From Lama glama (taxonomy: Eukaryota), in the NCBI GenBank assembly GCA_028534125.1, contig CM052817.1, positions 75,332,001 through 75,396,000 of the forward strand: a DNA stretch of 64,000 bases. The letters are read 5' to 3'. A model generated the notes under the pieces. It was not told where the DNA came from, did no database searches, and saw only the letters and a list, made by a program, of their open reading frames with translations. This document shows, in pieces, positions 39,420 through 52,611 of this stretch. The position numbers and the translations under genes were made by a program. How positions within the stretch are numbered: the stretch's first letter is position 1; each line of letters opens with the position of its first letter.

Positions 39420-39513
39420 GACAAAAAACAAGCTCATAATTACAGAGAACAGACTTTTGCTTGTGAGAGATGGGAAAGAAGAGGTGAAATAAGTGAAGGG
39501 AGTCAAAAGTTAC
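39420..39513 (+). mobile_element. L1 3' UTR fragment running into the gap
   Basis: aagctcataattacagagaacagac...aagtgaagggagtcaaaagttac. Confidence 0.65.
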
Positions 39514-40013
39514 NNNNNNNNNNNNNNNNNNNNNNNNNNNNNNNNNNNNNNNNNNNNNNNNNNNNNNNNNNNNNNNNNNNNNNNNNNNNNNNNNNNNNNN
39601 NNNNNNNNNNNNNNNNNNNNNNNNNNNNNNNNNNNNNNNNNNNNNNNNNNNNNNNNNNNNNNNNNNNNNNNNNNNNNNNNNNNNNNNNNNNNNNNNNNNN
39701 NNNNNNNNNNNNNNNNNNNNNNNNNNNNNNNNNNNNNNNNNNNNNNNNNNNNNNNNNNNNNNNNNNNNNNNNNNNNNNNNNNNNNNNNNNNNNNNNNNNN
39801 NNNNNNNNNNNNNNNNNNNNNNNNNNNNNNNNNNNNNNNNNNNNNNNNNNNNNNNNNNNNNNNNNNNNNNNNNNNNNNNNNNNNNNNNNNNNNNNNNNNN
39901 NNNNNNNNNNNNNNNNNNNNNNNNNNNNNNNNNNNNNNNNNNNNNNNNNNNNNNNNNNNNNNNNNNNNNNNNNNNNNNNNNNNNNNNNNNNNNNNNNNNN
40001 NNNNNNNNNNNNN
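39514..40013. other. Assembly gap (500 N)
   Basis: Run of N. Confidence 1.
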
Positions 40014-40575
40014 TATTTTCACTGACTTTGCTTTGCTTGAGCATGGAAAGATAGTTCATTCCAAGTTGTTTTCTAAGATTTATGGTCTATGAACTAATAA
40101 ATGAGGAAATATATATGGATATCTGGGTAAACAATTGGAATCTAGTACATTATAGCAGTAGTGTTACTGACAATGCTTTGGTTTTCAAAAATTTTGTTTT
40201 TTAAACCAGAAAAAAGAATGGAAGGACAGAATTTACAGATTTCCAAGTATTCTTACTTTCAGATTGTGAGAGAGGTTAAGCTATTGTTTGCCTATTTTTA
40301 ATCATGGTACATCGACTTTACACTAAGTGAAATACTTCCAAGCTTTTGTGTTGCATGTGCTGGTGAATGTTTTCAACATTTTTACTTGTTCTCCTTGGTG
40401 ATAGGTGAAGTGACACTACAGTGAGGGGTAATGGCCAGCTCCCATTCCAATCCCAAATAAATGTCTCAATTTTCTCTCTGATTTGTTTAATATGAATAAA
40501 GCATTTTCAAAGAATTATTCAAATTTTTATATTTACAATTTCATTCATCATATTCTCTAGTTTATTCCCTAACCT

Positions 40576-41330
40576 TGTGTGATATTGTGAGTTTTAATAA
40601 ATACATAATTTGGTCTTCATTCCTGTTTCTTGCACAGAACTCCTAAAACCCTTGGAATAGTCTAATTGAGGAAAGCAACAAAGATGTTAATCAGGTGACT
40701 TCTGGAAAGCACCTAGGGATGAAGGCTGCCTGCCAAGAGAATCAACCATATGGGAACTTTCAGTCCCATCTTCCTTGACCTTGGAGAGGGCCAAGGGGCT
40801 GGGTTTGAATCAGTCACCAATGCGCAATGATTTAATCAGCTATGCAATGTAATTAAGCCTCCTTAACAACCCAAAGGACTGGGTTAGATGACCCTCTGGA
40901 TTGGTGAAGATGCAGAGGTACTGGGAGAATGATGCACCTGGAGAAGGAACAGACGCTCCACACTTCTTTCCACATACCCTATGCATCTCTTCCACCAGCT
41001 GTTTCTGAGTTATATCCATTTATAATAAACTGTGATTCAGTAAGTACTGTATTTCTCTGCATTTTGTGAGCTGTTCTAGCAAAGGAGGAAATCATGGGAA
41101 CCTTTGATTTCTAGTCTTTTGGCCAGAAGTACAGGTAACAACCTGAGCATAAGACTTACATCTGAATTGAGAGAGAAGGCACAATTGTGAGCAGAGTTTT
41201 GTAGGGTGAACCCTTTTCCTGTGCAATGTGACGCCGTCTCTAAGTAGACAAAGTCAGAACTGAGTTGATTTTTTGGTATCATGTGATGTCTGAGAACTGC
41301 TTGTTGGTAGTGAGGAAACTCCACCTTGTC
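40576..41330 (+). mobile_element. MER21-like LTR
   Basis: cacagaactcctaaaacccttggaat, gggaactttcagtccc, caatgatttaatca, ctatgcatctcttcc, aataaac, ttttgtgagctgttctagcaaa. Confidence 0.85.
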
Positions 41331-42037
41331 CACAAATGGGGACTGGGATCTGGACAAATTTGACTTTAAGTATCATACCTCTGTCTACAGTCTTTCCTTA
41401 ACAACAGCAATGTATTTGTTTAATATTCAAAATTAGAATGTTGATTACTATTAGCTTCACACTGCTCTGAATATATTCCAGTATGTAAGACTTCAATGCT
41501 TACAATTTAGGTAAGGTGATATGGAATAAATACATCATTTAAAAAATAAGACAAATAGAGACTCACTGAAATTAAGCCAGATGGTAGAAAGTAGAGAAAA
41601 GAATAAAGGTAGAGAACAGAGAAATTTTGAGAATAGAGTACCCTGGAATGAATTAATGGTTATTCATTATATTTTCAACACTATGAATTTTTACCAGGGA
41701 TAACTTTATTTTGATAAAGGAAGAAAACTTTTGCTTATACCTCTTTCTATAGGGTCATTACTATGTACATTTGCTGGCATCTAGAGGAAAATGTCTACGG
41801 AAGTCTGTACATCCTTTCTTATCCTTGTGATATAACATTTTTGAACAATATTTCAGGTTGCTGGGCATTAGTAGCCAGGGAAGGGCATTACCTAGTATTT
41901 AGACAGAGTACTCTCCAGATATCCTGAATCTGACAGTTGTAGCTGAGCTTGCTCCCAGTGGATCTAGCCAAGTTCTTTAATGCTCACAGTGAGTTCACAC
42001 AATCAGGTCTCTCAGATGTGATCTAAAAGTTCTCTGA

Positions 42038-42860
42038 TAAACAAAATAAAAAAGGAAAATGGAGAAATTATAACCAATACCACAGAAATACAAAATATCA
42101 TAAGAGAGTACTATGAACAACTATATAGAAACAAACTGGATGACCTAGAAGAAACAGACAAGTTTCTGGAAACATTCAGTCCACCAAGACTGAACCAAGA
42201 AGAAACAGACTACCTGAACAAACTGATCACTAGAAATGAAATAGAATTAGCAATAAAAAATCTCCCTGCAAACTAATGTCCAGGACCGGATGGTTTCACC
42301 GGGGAATTCTACCAAACATACAAAGAAGAATTCATACCGGTCCTTCTCAAACTCTTCCAGAAGACTGAAAAGGAGGGATCACTCCCAAACTCATTCTATG
42401 AAGCCACCATCACTCTGATACCAAAACCAGACAAAGACACTACCAAAAAAGAACATACAGGCCAATATCACTGATGAACACAGACACAAAAATCCTTAAC
42501 AAAATATTAGCAAACAGAATCCAACAGCAGATAAAAAAGATCATATAACATGATCAAGCTGGATTCATCCCAGGGACACAAGGGTTGTTCAACATGTGCA
42601 AATCAATCAATGTGATACACCACATCAACAAAAGGACAAAAACCACATGATCATCTCAATAGATGCATAAAAGGCATTTGACACCCATTTATGATAAAAC
42701 CTCTTACTAAAGTGGGTATAGAGGGAACATGTCTCAACATTAATAAAAGCTATTTATGACAAATATACAGCAAGCACAGTACTCAACAGTGAAAAACTGA
42801 AAGCCTTCCTACTAAAACCTGGAACAAACAAGAAAAGGATGCCCACTCTCACCACTTCTA
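42038..42860 (+). mobile_element. Internal L1 ORF2 (Z/RT) fragment with 14-bp TSD and no poly(A)
   Basis: Encodes [40 protein letters not shown] and GCPLSPLL relics. TAAAAGTTCTCTGA at 42024-42037 and 42861-42874. Confidence 0.95.
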
Positions 42861-43224
42861 TAAAAGTTCTCTGAAATTCAGAAGTAAAGGAAACCTATGG
42901 CAATCTCTACCTTCATGTACTTCCAAAGTACCTGAGACTAAGGATAGGGTAAAAAATAGATTTCTCTTTGAGTGAGTTTCTAAAAACTCAAGAGGCTTCT
43001 AAGAGAATTTCCTCAAGAACTGGCAATTAGCATTCCAGGACATTTGGTAGCAACATGATACACTGTCATAATAGGCCATTCCCAGAATGCTCAGTGGCAC
43101 ACTTGACAACTGAGATCAGGGACACTAGATATTACAAAGTGAATATAACATTCATTCCAATATATTGTCTCATTCTTTTAAATCAGTATAATTAAGGACA
43201 TCGTATGTATTAGAAAATTTCATT

Positions 43225-43435
43225 GGTTCTGAAAGAGAGATGTATGTTTGTATCTGACTCTGGCTCTTTCTTGCTGCATGAGATTAGATATAGTTTCAGT
43301 TATTTTTCTCAATATATAAGATGGAAAGCAGAAATGTATGCTTCACAATGTGATTTTAAATGATGCAAAGACCAAAAAATATAATGCATATTAAGTGCCT
43401 TACATATGAGAACGGGCAATGCTATAAATAAAAGT
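43225..43435 (+). mobile_element. MIR SINE
   Basis: tttcagttatttttctcaatatataagatgga...ataatgcatattaagtgcct. Confidence 0.6.
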
Positions 43436-43709
43436 TTTGCTATTCCAGTTGTGGTATGTGCATCCCAGAGAACAAAATACTAATGGCAATCATTCAGATA
43501 TGAGCTGTTAGCTTGTATAGTAACACACAGTTTACATAGGAATTTTATACCCATTTTAAATAGAATGTTAATTAACAAAATCTTTGTTAAATATTTTTGA
43601 AAATTGTTTTTAATTGGTATTTTACAGAAAATAAAATGATAAATTAAAAAGTTAAATGACTTATCTAAGTCATAATGCTTAAGAAGTGGAATTAATAATT
43701 TAGTGTGGA

Positions 43710-43835
43710 GGGGAGGGTATAGTTTAGTGGTAGAATGCATGCCTAGCATGCACGAGGTCCTGGGTTCAATCCCCAGTACCGCCATTTAAAATAAATAAGT
43801 AAACCTAATTACTTTCCCACCCCCTCACCAAAAAA
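43710..43835 (+). mobile_element. tRNA-derived camelid SINE (Vic-1-like) inserted into a minus-strand MIR
   Basis: ggggagggtatagtttagtggtagaatgcatgcctagcatgcacgaggtcctgggttcaatccccagtacc plus tail; degenerate TSD tttagtg. Confidence 0.92.
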
Positions 43836-44494
43836 CATTTTAGTGCAGGCATTTCTTATTCCTAGTTCAGTTTTTTTTCTGCTATTAGGAAAAGCTATTT
43901 TATTCTATTTGTTACTTAATAATTTATAAAAGTCAATTTTGGACTTTTGTGCAGACATATGGATATAGCAAGTTGCTTAATTGCAGTAAGACACATTATA
44001 ACTATAAGTTTAGAGATTATGGGAGCATCACTAGACTAAGTGCTTTACATGCATCATCTTATACAGTTTTTGTGATATGTCTGTAATTGCTATACTGCAA
44101 ATTTTAGTCATAGAAATATATTCAAATGAGTGGTGATATTATTAAGCATCTGTTTTCTAATTCCTGTCTAAAAATAAACTATATTTCAAGAACATATTTT
44201 GTTTTTTGCCAACCTTCTCCTTAAAGTCTTAAATTCTTAGTATCCAAATTAGGTATGATAGTAGAAAATACACATTTTTTTAAATGTTATAAAATTGGTG
44301 TCTTGATTAATGTTTTAATTTTCTAGGCAAATATTTGACATTTTTCTTTTTCTCAATGTATTTCAGAACAGTAGGATACTTAATTGATAAAGCCTAACCT
44401 TAGAGAAACTGGATATTTTTAAATAAAAGTGGAATTTTATTATGCTCTTCACAGAGGTGTTTGGATCTTCTTTATGATACATTTTGTCATTTTA

Positions 44495-44601
44495 TGTTAT
44501 TTTTTATTGGAGTATAGTTGATTTACAATGTTGTGTTAGTTTCATCTGTACAGTTCAGATGTACAGATTCTTTTCCACTATAGGTTATTACAAGAACTTG
44601 C
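44495..44601 (-). mobile_element. 107-bp L1 3'-tail insertion with perfect 16-bp TSD
   Basis: tttttattggagtatagttgatttacaatgttgtgttagtttc. ACATTTTGTCATTTTA at 44479-44494 and 44602-44617. Confidence 0.9.
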
Positions 44602-47177
44602 ACATTTTGTCATTTTAAAAGGAAAAAAAAATCTTCATTAACTAACTGCAAGTACTTAAAATTTTATTTTTATGTTTGAGTTGTTTTATTCTACTTTAAA
44701 GTTATAATAATCATTCAATTATAATTCTACTTCTGATACACTATAGAGATTTTTCTTATGAAACATTGCAGAGTTTGACAATGATTTCTTTCTTAACTTT
44801 CAATACTGAGGATAATTTATGAACAACTTCCTAATATTAGTAAAACTTTTTGTTATGCCTCATATGAACAAAAATATAGATTGTTTCATATATTGCATTT
44901 TTATAATATGCTGCTCTGAATGAGGCTGAGTAGGAGCTATGTATTTTTACACAGGATTTTCTTATGATTATGTATCACACAAGGTTATTTCTGAATCTTT
45001 GTGTTTGTGGGTAAGATAGAGGCAGTCAAGGCAGGTGCTGGCAGTCTCAGCCAACTGTTCTTCAAAGGGCTGCACACAGCTTAATATTCCCAGATACTTT
45101 AATGAGCTTTCCCTCTAATTAAATGTGCAACTTGCAGTGATCCTTGGGTGCCAGATTGCTGTGACTGGCAATAAGCTTTCTTTGTTCAGAGTCAGATTTT
45201 ACATCAACTAAACACACCCATTTTTAGTAGATTCATTATAGATGGAGTTGAATTTTATTTCAATTAAATAACTTATAAACTGTGAAAAAACCCTAAGTAT
45301 ACAATTCAAATCTTCAGGAGAGCAAATATAAACAAAATAGAGGGAATAAACAGTATCAACCAGGCAGGAAGACAGATGGAAGAAATGAAGAGTAATCAAA
45401 GTTCGGTATTAAAATTTCATGCTGAAATGTCAGACTATGTCTGATAGTTACACCGTGGTGTGGCTACATGTTACTACGATCTCTTGGTGGTGATTAATTA
45501 ACACCAAATATATTTTTGCTGTTATTTTAACAAGGTCAAATGATGCATTTTGCATTGTATGGTAACTTAGGTTAGAAATCACTTTCAGAGCATCTTTTTA
45601 AACCAGTGGGGAAAATCACACATCTTTAACCATAAAACATATGAAATATATCCAGTAATTTTTAAATTTTAGGTTTTTTCGTTACACTTTATCTATTTCA
45701 AATTATTCTGAGCTGGCCTGTGTTCAAAATAATTTATCAGTTATTTTCTACATATTGATACTTTGTTAAAGATGGCTAGTAGGTGCTCATTCATCACAGG
45801 AAAGCTGAGGCATTTTAAAATGCTATGCAGTAGATATCTTGTTCCATATTTCTGCCCCAATGCCAAGTCCATTTTTGGCTTGTCTCATAATCAGGAAGAT
45901 ATACATGGGAAGCAGGATAAAATGTTCCCCACTGCCTCAGCATGCTCAAAAAAAAAAAATGAAGAAAGAGAAAAAAGGAAAAGGAAACAGAAACCAAAGA
46001 GAAGAATGTAGGTCATGAAGGCACAGTATTTAGGTCAGAAAAGGGAGCTGCTGAGCCGTCTGTGGAGAGAGCCATTCCCATGTTATAAGGCAGCAGGCTG
46101 CAGGGCTTTTGCAGAACATACTAGAGGGAACAAAATGTTTTAGTAAGGCAATTGAAAAGGACTCAATTTAAAGTGAGCTTTGATCTATCTCGTAACAGAT
46201 CATGAGAATTATGTGAAATAGAAATAAGGGTTCTGATTTAAGAATATCATGTCCCAGTACCAGGGTTAACCTAAGTAATAGTCAGATGAGGATCAGTAAA
46301 AGACAATCCGATAGAAGAAAATGAAAAAAACAACAGATCTTTAGAGAAGAAAAATAGATTATATAAGAGTTCCACTATAGTTTGTTGTACATAATTACAT
46401 ATGCATTAACTGCATATTACTATTTATTTAGTTTTGTGTATTAGGACTAAAATATTCTAAAAGTAATCATCTGTGACCCAAAGATTACAAGACTATTTTT
46501 CCCATTTCTTGGTGTGACACAATGACAATCTATGTCCATAGTGCTGGTTTTCATCTAACCCTGTTGTGGTAGGGTCTTTTACAATAATAATTTTTGAAAG
46601 TTACATGTGAACAAAATAATATGCATTTGTCGTACAGGGGATTAATTCTGAAGAAAGGAAACAACACAATCTGAGGCACATGGAGAAACACCGTAATCTA
46701 CTTCTGCCCTCTCTGTAGAAAAAGGGAGACAGAGAGCAATCTTTTGGAATCTGACCACAGGAAGTAAGAAGGTGGGGTAATTAACACTGGTAGATTGAGC
46801 AAAGAATTAGGTGAGAATGAAGAAGAATTAATGAAAGACCAGGGGAAAAGGAACTTTCATCTATCCATTCATAGCTGAATTGTGTATCTGAATATGTTCA
46901 AAAGTGTTTATCAGAAGGCTTATGTTCTCTCTGGTAATGACTCCTTTACTCAAATTTTGGGTGAGGCTCTAGTTAGCAATGCCAAGCAGTACTATATTTT
47001 AAATAATTTATAGTACAAACTAGTTAGTGCTTTTTAATTTTCCTCCTTCTCCTCCTTTTTAGAATATTAAATAAGGTAATCAGAATCTGTGAAGGAATAG
47101 ATTTGTATTCAGATTTAATTCTCACTGCATGCATTTAACTAAGAAGATTCGAAACACTGAAGGTAAAAACAGCTGCC

Positions 47178-47372
47178 CTTTATTCTGCATCTACTAAATT
47201 TCAGACACTGCTGTAAGTTCTTTATATTTTTTTCATTTACTGATTAAAAATTCTTTGGGAGCATTTGTTATTTTTCCAATTTTATTAAGTAGGAAAGTTG
47301 CTCAGAGCTATCCAAGTTTACACAGCTGGAATGGAAACTAAATTGACGTTTTTCTAATTCCAAAGCCCTTTC
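47178..47372 (-). mobile_element. MIR SINE
   Basis: cagacactgctgtaagttctttata...gctcagag...ccaagtttacacagctgg...ttccaaagccc. Confidence 0.7.
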
Positions 47373-47382
47373 TGTTAACATT

Positions 47383-47452
47383 TCTCTCTCTCTCTCCCCC
47401 CCCCCACACACATACACACACAAACACACACAAACACACACTCTCACAACAC
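47383..47452. repeat. Compound (CT)n-(C)n-(CA)n microsatellite
   Basis: Direct inspection. Confidence 0.9.
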
Positions 47453-47699
47453 ATCAGTTTTGACTACTGCCTCTGCCCTGCTGGATCTCAGAGTATTATT
47501 TTAAGACTAACTATATATCTCTTAAGTGGCATATATTATAGAATATTATATTGGGTTATATAATACACACTGAAAAAAAATCATAAAATCCCTGAACCTG
47601 CTATTCCTGAACTCCTGAATTTCATCCATTTTAGTAAACAGAAAGGCCACTATTTTTGGTCTTTTTGTGCTAATATTAAATGACTATTCTGAAACTTTT

Positions 47700-48900
47700 G
47701 TTACTCTTACAATTTCTGTCCTTGAATCTTTTGTCCTTCAGCTCCTGGGATACCACTGTATGCTGGATTTTTCTCTTATTTCCTGGGACTTCCCTTTTAT
47801 TTAAATTTTGCTACGTAATAATATTCTGAAAGTTCTGTCCTTGGCCTGATAGCTCTAAAACCAGGTAATGAATTCCTGATCAATAATACCTATTTCCCTA
47901 CCCTCATCTGATGATCCTGATGTCTTTATCAAGCTGTAACAGAATTCTATTTCATATTCATTTAAAATTATTTCATTCAACACTCATCCATCCAATTAAT
48001 TTTCATGGAGGTAGGCACAACTGTTGGCTCTAGAGACACAGAGACAAGTGCCTGCTCTCAAGAAGTTTGCATGTTCCATCAATGTCTCAGATTTTATGCT
48101 CTAAATCAGACTCTGCCACTTCCTCAGAGATTTTTTTTCCTGTATTCTCTGTCTCAATAACTAAATTGCCATTTATTCATATTCTTAAGTTAAAATCTTT
48201 GATCCAGCTTGTCACTTTATACATTCTAGCACGTCAATACATGCTGCAGGTTCTGTCACTGATAATCTCACAAATCCATTTTCTTCCTTCCTACTCCCAA
48301 AGCTATAGTTCAGATTCTCACCACTTCTCCTGTGGATTCATGAGGAAAAGCCTCATAACTACTTTTCCTATCTCTCAGGTGTCTCCTGTATAATCTGTTT
48401 TCCACACTAATTCTAGAATGACCTTTCTAAAAAGCAAATTTGATCAGGACATTCCCCTGCTTGAAAGCCTTGAGTGTGCTCCCACAGCTTTCAGTATAAA
48501 ATTCAAACAGCTTATCTTTTAAAGCTTTGTCTCATTGTCTCTCTTTAGATCAATTTTCTACCTATATACAATCTTACATGCAATCCTTACATGCTATATA
48601 CAAACTATATAGTGCAATTTCTCAATTCTGTGTATTTGTTCATTCTGTCTTTCTCAATTCAAACACTTTATAAAGCTTTCTCTGAGCCCATCTTGATAGA
48701 AATCTCTGACATGCTTCCTTTTGCATTCAAGTCATCTATAAAATCCCTTTGTGCTGCTTAATTGATTTCTTTGATTATTTTTCAGTCTGAATCACGAGTG
48801 TGTTGAATACATCTGAGCCTTAGGAACTTGAGTTTAGGAACTTTACTTTTATTTCTAAACCTATTACACTTCCTGGGTTATGAAAGTCACTTAATAGATA
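47700..48900 (+). mobile_element. LINE-2 (RT to 3' end) with an opposite-strand L2 tail nested at about 47972-48068
   Basis: ctcctgggataccactgtatgctggatttttctcttatttc; ttccacactaattctagaatgacctttctaaaa; nested ttcattcaaca...tgcctgctctcaagaagttt. Confidence 0.75.
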
Positions 48901-49751
48901 CTTAACAGAATAATGAAGGATTAACTGCACTCCTGACATGTGCTCTGAAGTTAGTCAAAGGTTTCATGTAAGAGTGGAATAAACTTGGTATTAAGTACAT
49001 AAACTGTTTGAGTTTGTGTTGAAGAGAGAAGCTTTTGAATAAAGTGGTGTAATGTAAAAAGGAACAGACAAGTAAAAAACACAAAGTAAAGAGACTAACT
49101 TGTTGAAAGATGGTGTACATAGTGAGAGGGCACGAAATGTGCACTGACAGATAAGATCTAATGTAACAAAAATTCTTGGAACTTGCTTTTTCCTTCTTTG
49201 TTTTCTTCTTTTGTTCCTTCCTGCCTCCCTTCCTTTCTTCTTTTTCTTTCTTTCTTTTAGTAGTTTCTATTAGTTTCTTCTTTCTCTCTCTTTTAAGACA
49301 CACATAAAGAGAAAACCCTGTAAGGTACAATATTTTTCTATTCCTTGATATAAAAGATTTTCAGCATTTACGGAATCTTTTTCTAGTGCCATGTTTCGTT
49401 TCCATTAGACCACGTGCAAACATTTACTTACTTTCTCACCTGATTCACACAAGTGCAAATACGTAGAAACTAAAATGTGTTTTATGCTGTTTATCCTGCC
49501 TAGTTTTGTTCTAATGTTACATATTGTGAATCAAATCTTAAATTCAGAATTTATGAACTCCTGTTTTATTTTGTTTCCTCTTATCTGTTATGTTAATTAT
49601 AAGTTAAACTTGCTTTTCAGAGGTTATTGGTTTGCATTTTAAAATGTTTGTATTTTGAGACTGCTTGCCTATTTATACTTGTTTTCCTCCAAAGATTAGG
49701 CTTTCTTCTTTTCCCTCTTCTCCAAAGCACAACCTTATAGAACAGAGAAAG

Positions 49752-49980
49752 CCAGTGTAGCATGATGCCTAAGGGTGCAGTCTATGGAACCTGACTATCT
49801 TCGTTGGAATAACAGTTCTGCTCCTTACATGCTGTGTGGCACTGTGCAAGTTACTCAACATTTCTGTTGAACTTAGAAACAATAATATAGCTTTAATAGG
49901 GAAATAATGTGATTTAAAATACTTAATATATATAAAGCACTTAAATAACTCTAGGAGCACAGTAAGAACTAATAAACTTT
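49752..49980 (+). mobile_element. MIR SINE, near full length
   Basis: cagtgtagcatgatgcctaagggtgcagtctatggaacctgact...gcaagttactcaac...taaagcactta...cacagtaagaactaataaa. Confidence 0.85.
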
Positions 49981-50340
49981 ATATTTTGATATTCCTTCAG
50001 ATTATCACTTTTTGTCAATAACAGAAACACGTAATAAATACTTTTTAAAAAAGACAAAGTTTTTTTTAAACACTCAGGATTTTGTACATGGCTGGGTGGT
50101 TCTATGTCTATTTACAAAAGTTATAAACACTTAGTTTTTCTCTTAAATGGTCTTAACACTTTATTGCTCATTAGTTGATTGCCAATGCAATAGTATTATC
50201 TGTTCATCATCATGAGTGACAGAATGTCAAGTGGAGGCATTTTAATACTAATGAAAATGGCCAATTATGAATCTTGATGGCTAATGAACCCCTAATCAAC
50301 AGCATTAGAAGATTTATGTGCATTCTACTGACATTCATAG

Positions 50341-50461
50341 GCTCTCTCTCTCTCACCCACCCAGCCACCCACCCCCCCACACACACACACATGCACATGT
50401 ATATGCTTTAAAATTTGATAGATAGATAGAGAGCTAGATAGACTGATAGGTAGATAGATAG
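50341..50461. repeat. Compound microsatellite (CT, CACC, CA, GATA)
   Basis: Direct inspection. Confidence 0.85.
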
Positions 50462-50664
50462 TTTTAAAACTTGATTATTATTGACAGGAAATAGAATTCT
50501 CATCAATTTGAATTCATATTTCTTAGAGAGTAAATAGGTTCCATCTTACTTGTTCTTTAGTACCCGATTTTAAATAGTATGTAAGAGCTTAGTAATATTT
50601 TACTGTCTTCCATGCAAAGTAACTTTTTGTTAATCAAGAGGGGCCACTGATAATAGCTATAAAA

Positions 50665-50940
50665 CTTGTCACATCAATAATCACATTAAATGTAAATGGT
50701 CTAAATGTTCCAATTTATTATGTAAATCGTTATAAGTTGCAAAAAATATTTTGACCTGGAACATAAATGCTTTGACTGAACACTTTACAAAGCTGGGTAA
50801 AAGTGTAATGATATGGTATTTTAAACAACACACTTGAAAATTAAGAATACCAAAAAATTGAAAGTTAGAAGGTTAGAATAAATATTCAGGGCAAAAAATA
50901 GCAAAAGGCTAGCTTGCATAGAAACAATATTTGGTAGAAT
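50665..50940 (+). mobile_element. Old L1 ORF2 endonuclease-start fragment
   Basis: tcaataatcacattaaatgtaaatggtctaaat = SIITLNVNGLN. Confidence 0.75.
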
Positions 50941-51539
50941 TGCTCAAAATGTTTTGAATTTTTAAAAAGTTTGATTTTAAATGATTTTAAATTCTGAAAT
51001 TATTTTAAAAATGAGTTATTTCCTTTAAAATGTTATACAATAAAATTATCCTTACTTACTTAATTGGTTTTTGTTGTACATAAAGTTTATATTTTTCAGG
51101 TAGTCATGTATATCAAAAAATATTTCATTGTCTTTGCCTTTGGTACAAACTTAGGACCTTCCCTCTTTGAGACTTATAAAGATTTACCCTTTTCGGTTTT
51201 AGTGATTTCATGATTATATGCTTATATTTTGTGAATAAAACATATTGGCTTATTTCTGTTTATGAGATAGGACATGGTCAGGTTCAATTTTATTGTTTTT
51301 CACAAGCTGTAAGATTGTCAAACCAATATGATATACTGAAAAGCTATCCTTCCACAACTTATGTATATGTATGTGTGTACAATATATATTATAAAAATCA
51401 CATTAATTACTAAATATTAAATGCACTTCAGTATTGCTGACATTGCATACTGCTATCTGTTTCTTCAAAGTCCTGTATCTACTATTTCCTGCTATACATT
51501 CATTTAAATACCAGTATCACATTTGCGTTATTTTTTACA

Positions 51540-52411
51540 TCTTTTCTGAGGTTAATTGATACCAAAATTTTGCATATATTTAATGTATTCAGTTAGATGA
51601 GTTTGGACATATGCATATACTTATAAGGCAATCACCATAATCAAGGAAATATAAACATATATCCCAAAGTTTCTATGTGTCCCTTTGCTTTTGTTTTCAT
51701 GGTAAGAACACTTACTATGAGATCTACCCTTTCAATAAAGTTTTAAGTAAATTGTAACTTTATATCCATTACACAAAAACTCCCCATTTCTCTCTTCCTC
51801 TGTCTCTGGGTAATGACCATTCTGTTTTATGCTTCTGCAAGTTTGACTATTTATCATCTCAAACCTGGTAGGATGGCTGCTATCAAAAAGACAAAAGATA
51901 ACAAGTGTTGACAAGGGAATACAGAAATTGGAACTCTTGCCCACTATTAGTGGGAATGTAATGGTCTAGACACTTTGGAAAGCAATACAGAGGTTCCTCA
52001 AAAAATTAAAAACAGAACTACCATGTGATACAACAATTCCACTTCTGGGTATTTATCCAAAAGAACTGAAATCAGGATCTCAAAATGATATCTGCACTCC
52101 TATGCTTTCTGCAGCACTATTCACAGTAGTCAAGATAAGGAAACAACCCAAATGTGCATCAACATACAAATGGATAAAGAAAATGTGATATGTACCACAC
52201 ATCTATCTCTACCTCTACCTCTATCTCTAGTATATGTGCTGCCGAAGCCAGCACTCTACATCTATCTCTAATCTACAGCTAGTATATACCATGGGCTATT
52301 TATTCAGTCTTAAAAAAGAAGGAAGTCTGGTGACAACATGGATGGACTTGGAAGACATTATGCTAAGTGAAATAAGTCAGTCACAGAAGGACAAATACAG
52401 CATGATTCCAC
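51540..52411 (-). mobile_element. L1MA-like element with 5' inversion (minus 51540-51852, plus 51853-52411)
   Basis: Antisense 3' UTR ending gtttgactattt is fused directly to sense ORF2 end atcatctcaaacctggtagg...catgattccac. Confidence 0.85.
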
Positions 52412-52611
52412 ACCTCTCTGACTTTTATAGCATATATAAATTGATACTCCATTTCAAATTAATTATCTTTGTCACATTCAATCATTCATTTGCTTTGAAT
52501 TACTCACAGTATATTATTCTTACCAAAATTGCTTTGCATCCATTTTAGTTATTTTTACTTTTCCTCAGTATATCTTTGAATATAAATTTATTTAATGTTT
52601 AATATAATACT

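Noticed and set aside
39355..40092. Longest ORFs in the track (170-234 aa)
   Set aside because: Artefacts of translating through the 500-N gap.
43710..43786. tRNA gene (also 20580-20655)
   Set aside because: A and B boxes are present, but the A-rich tail, TSD and lack of a proper acceptor stem indicate a SINE. The ORF 43480-43785 start is just its antisense.
48902..49330. 142-aa K/E-rich ORF
   Set aside because: Derived from a CT-rich low-complexity tract and has a non-ATG start.
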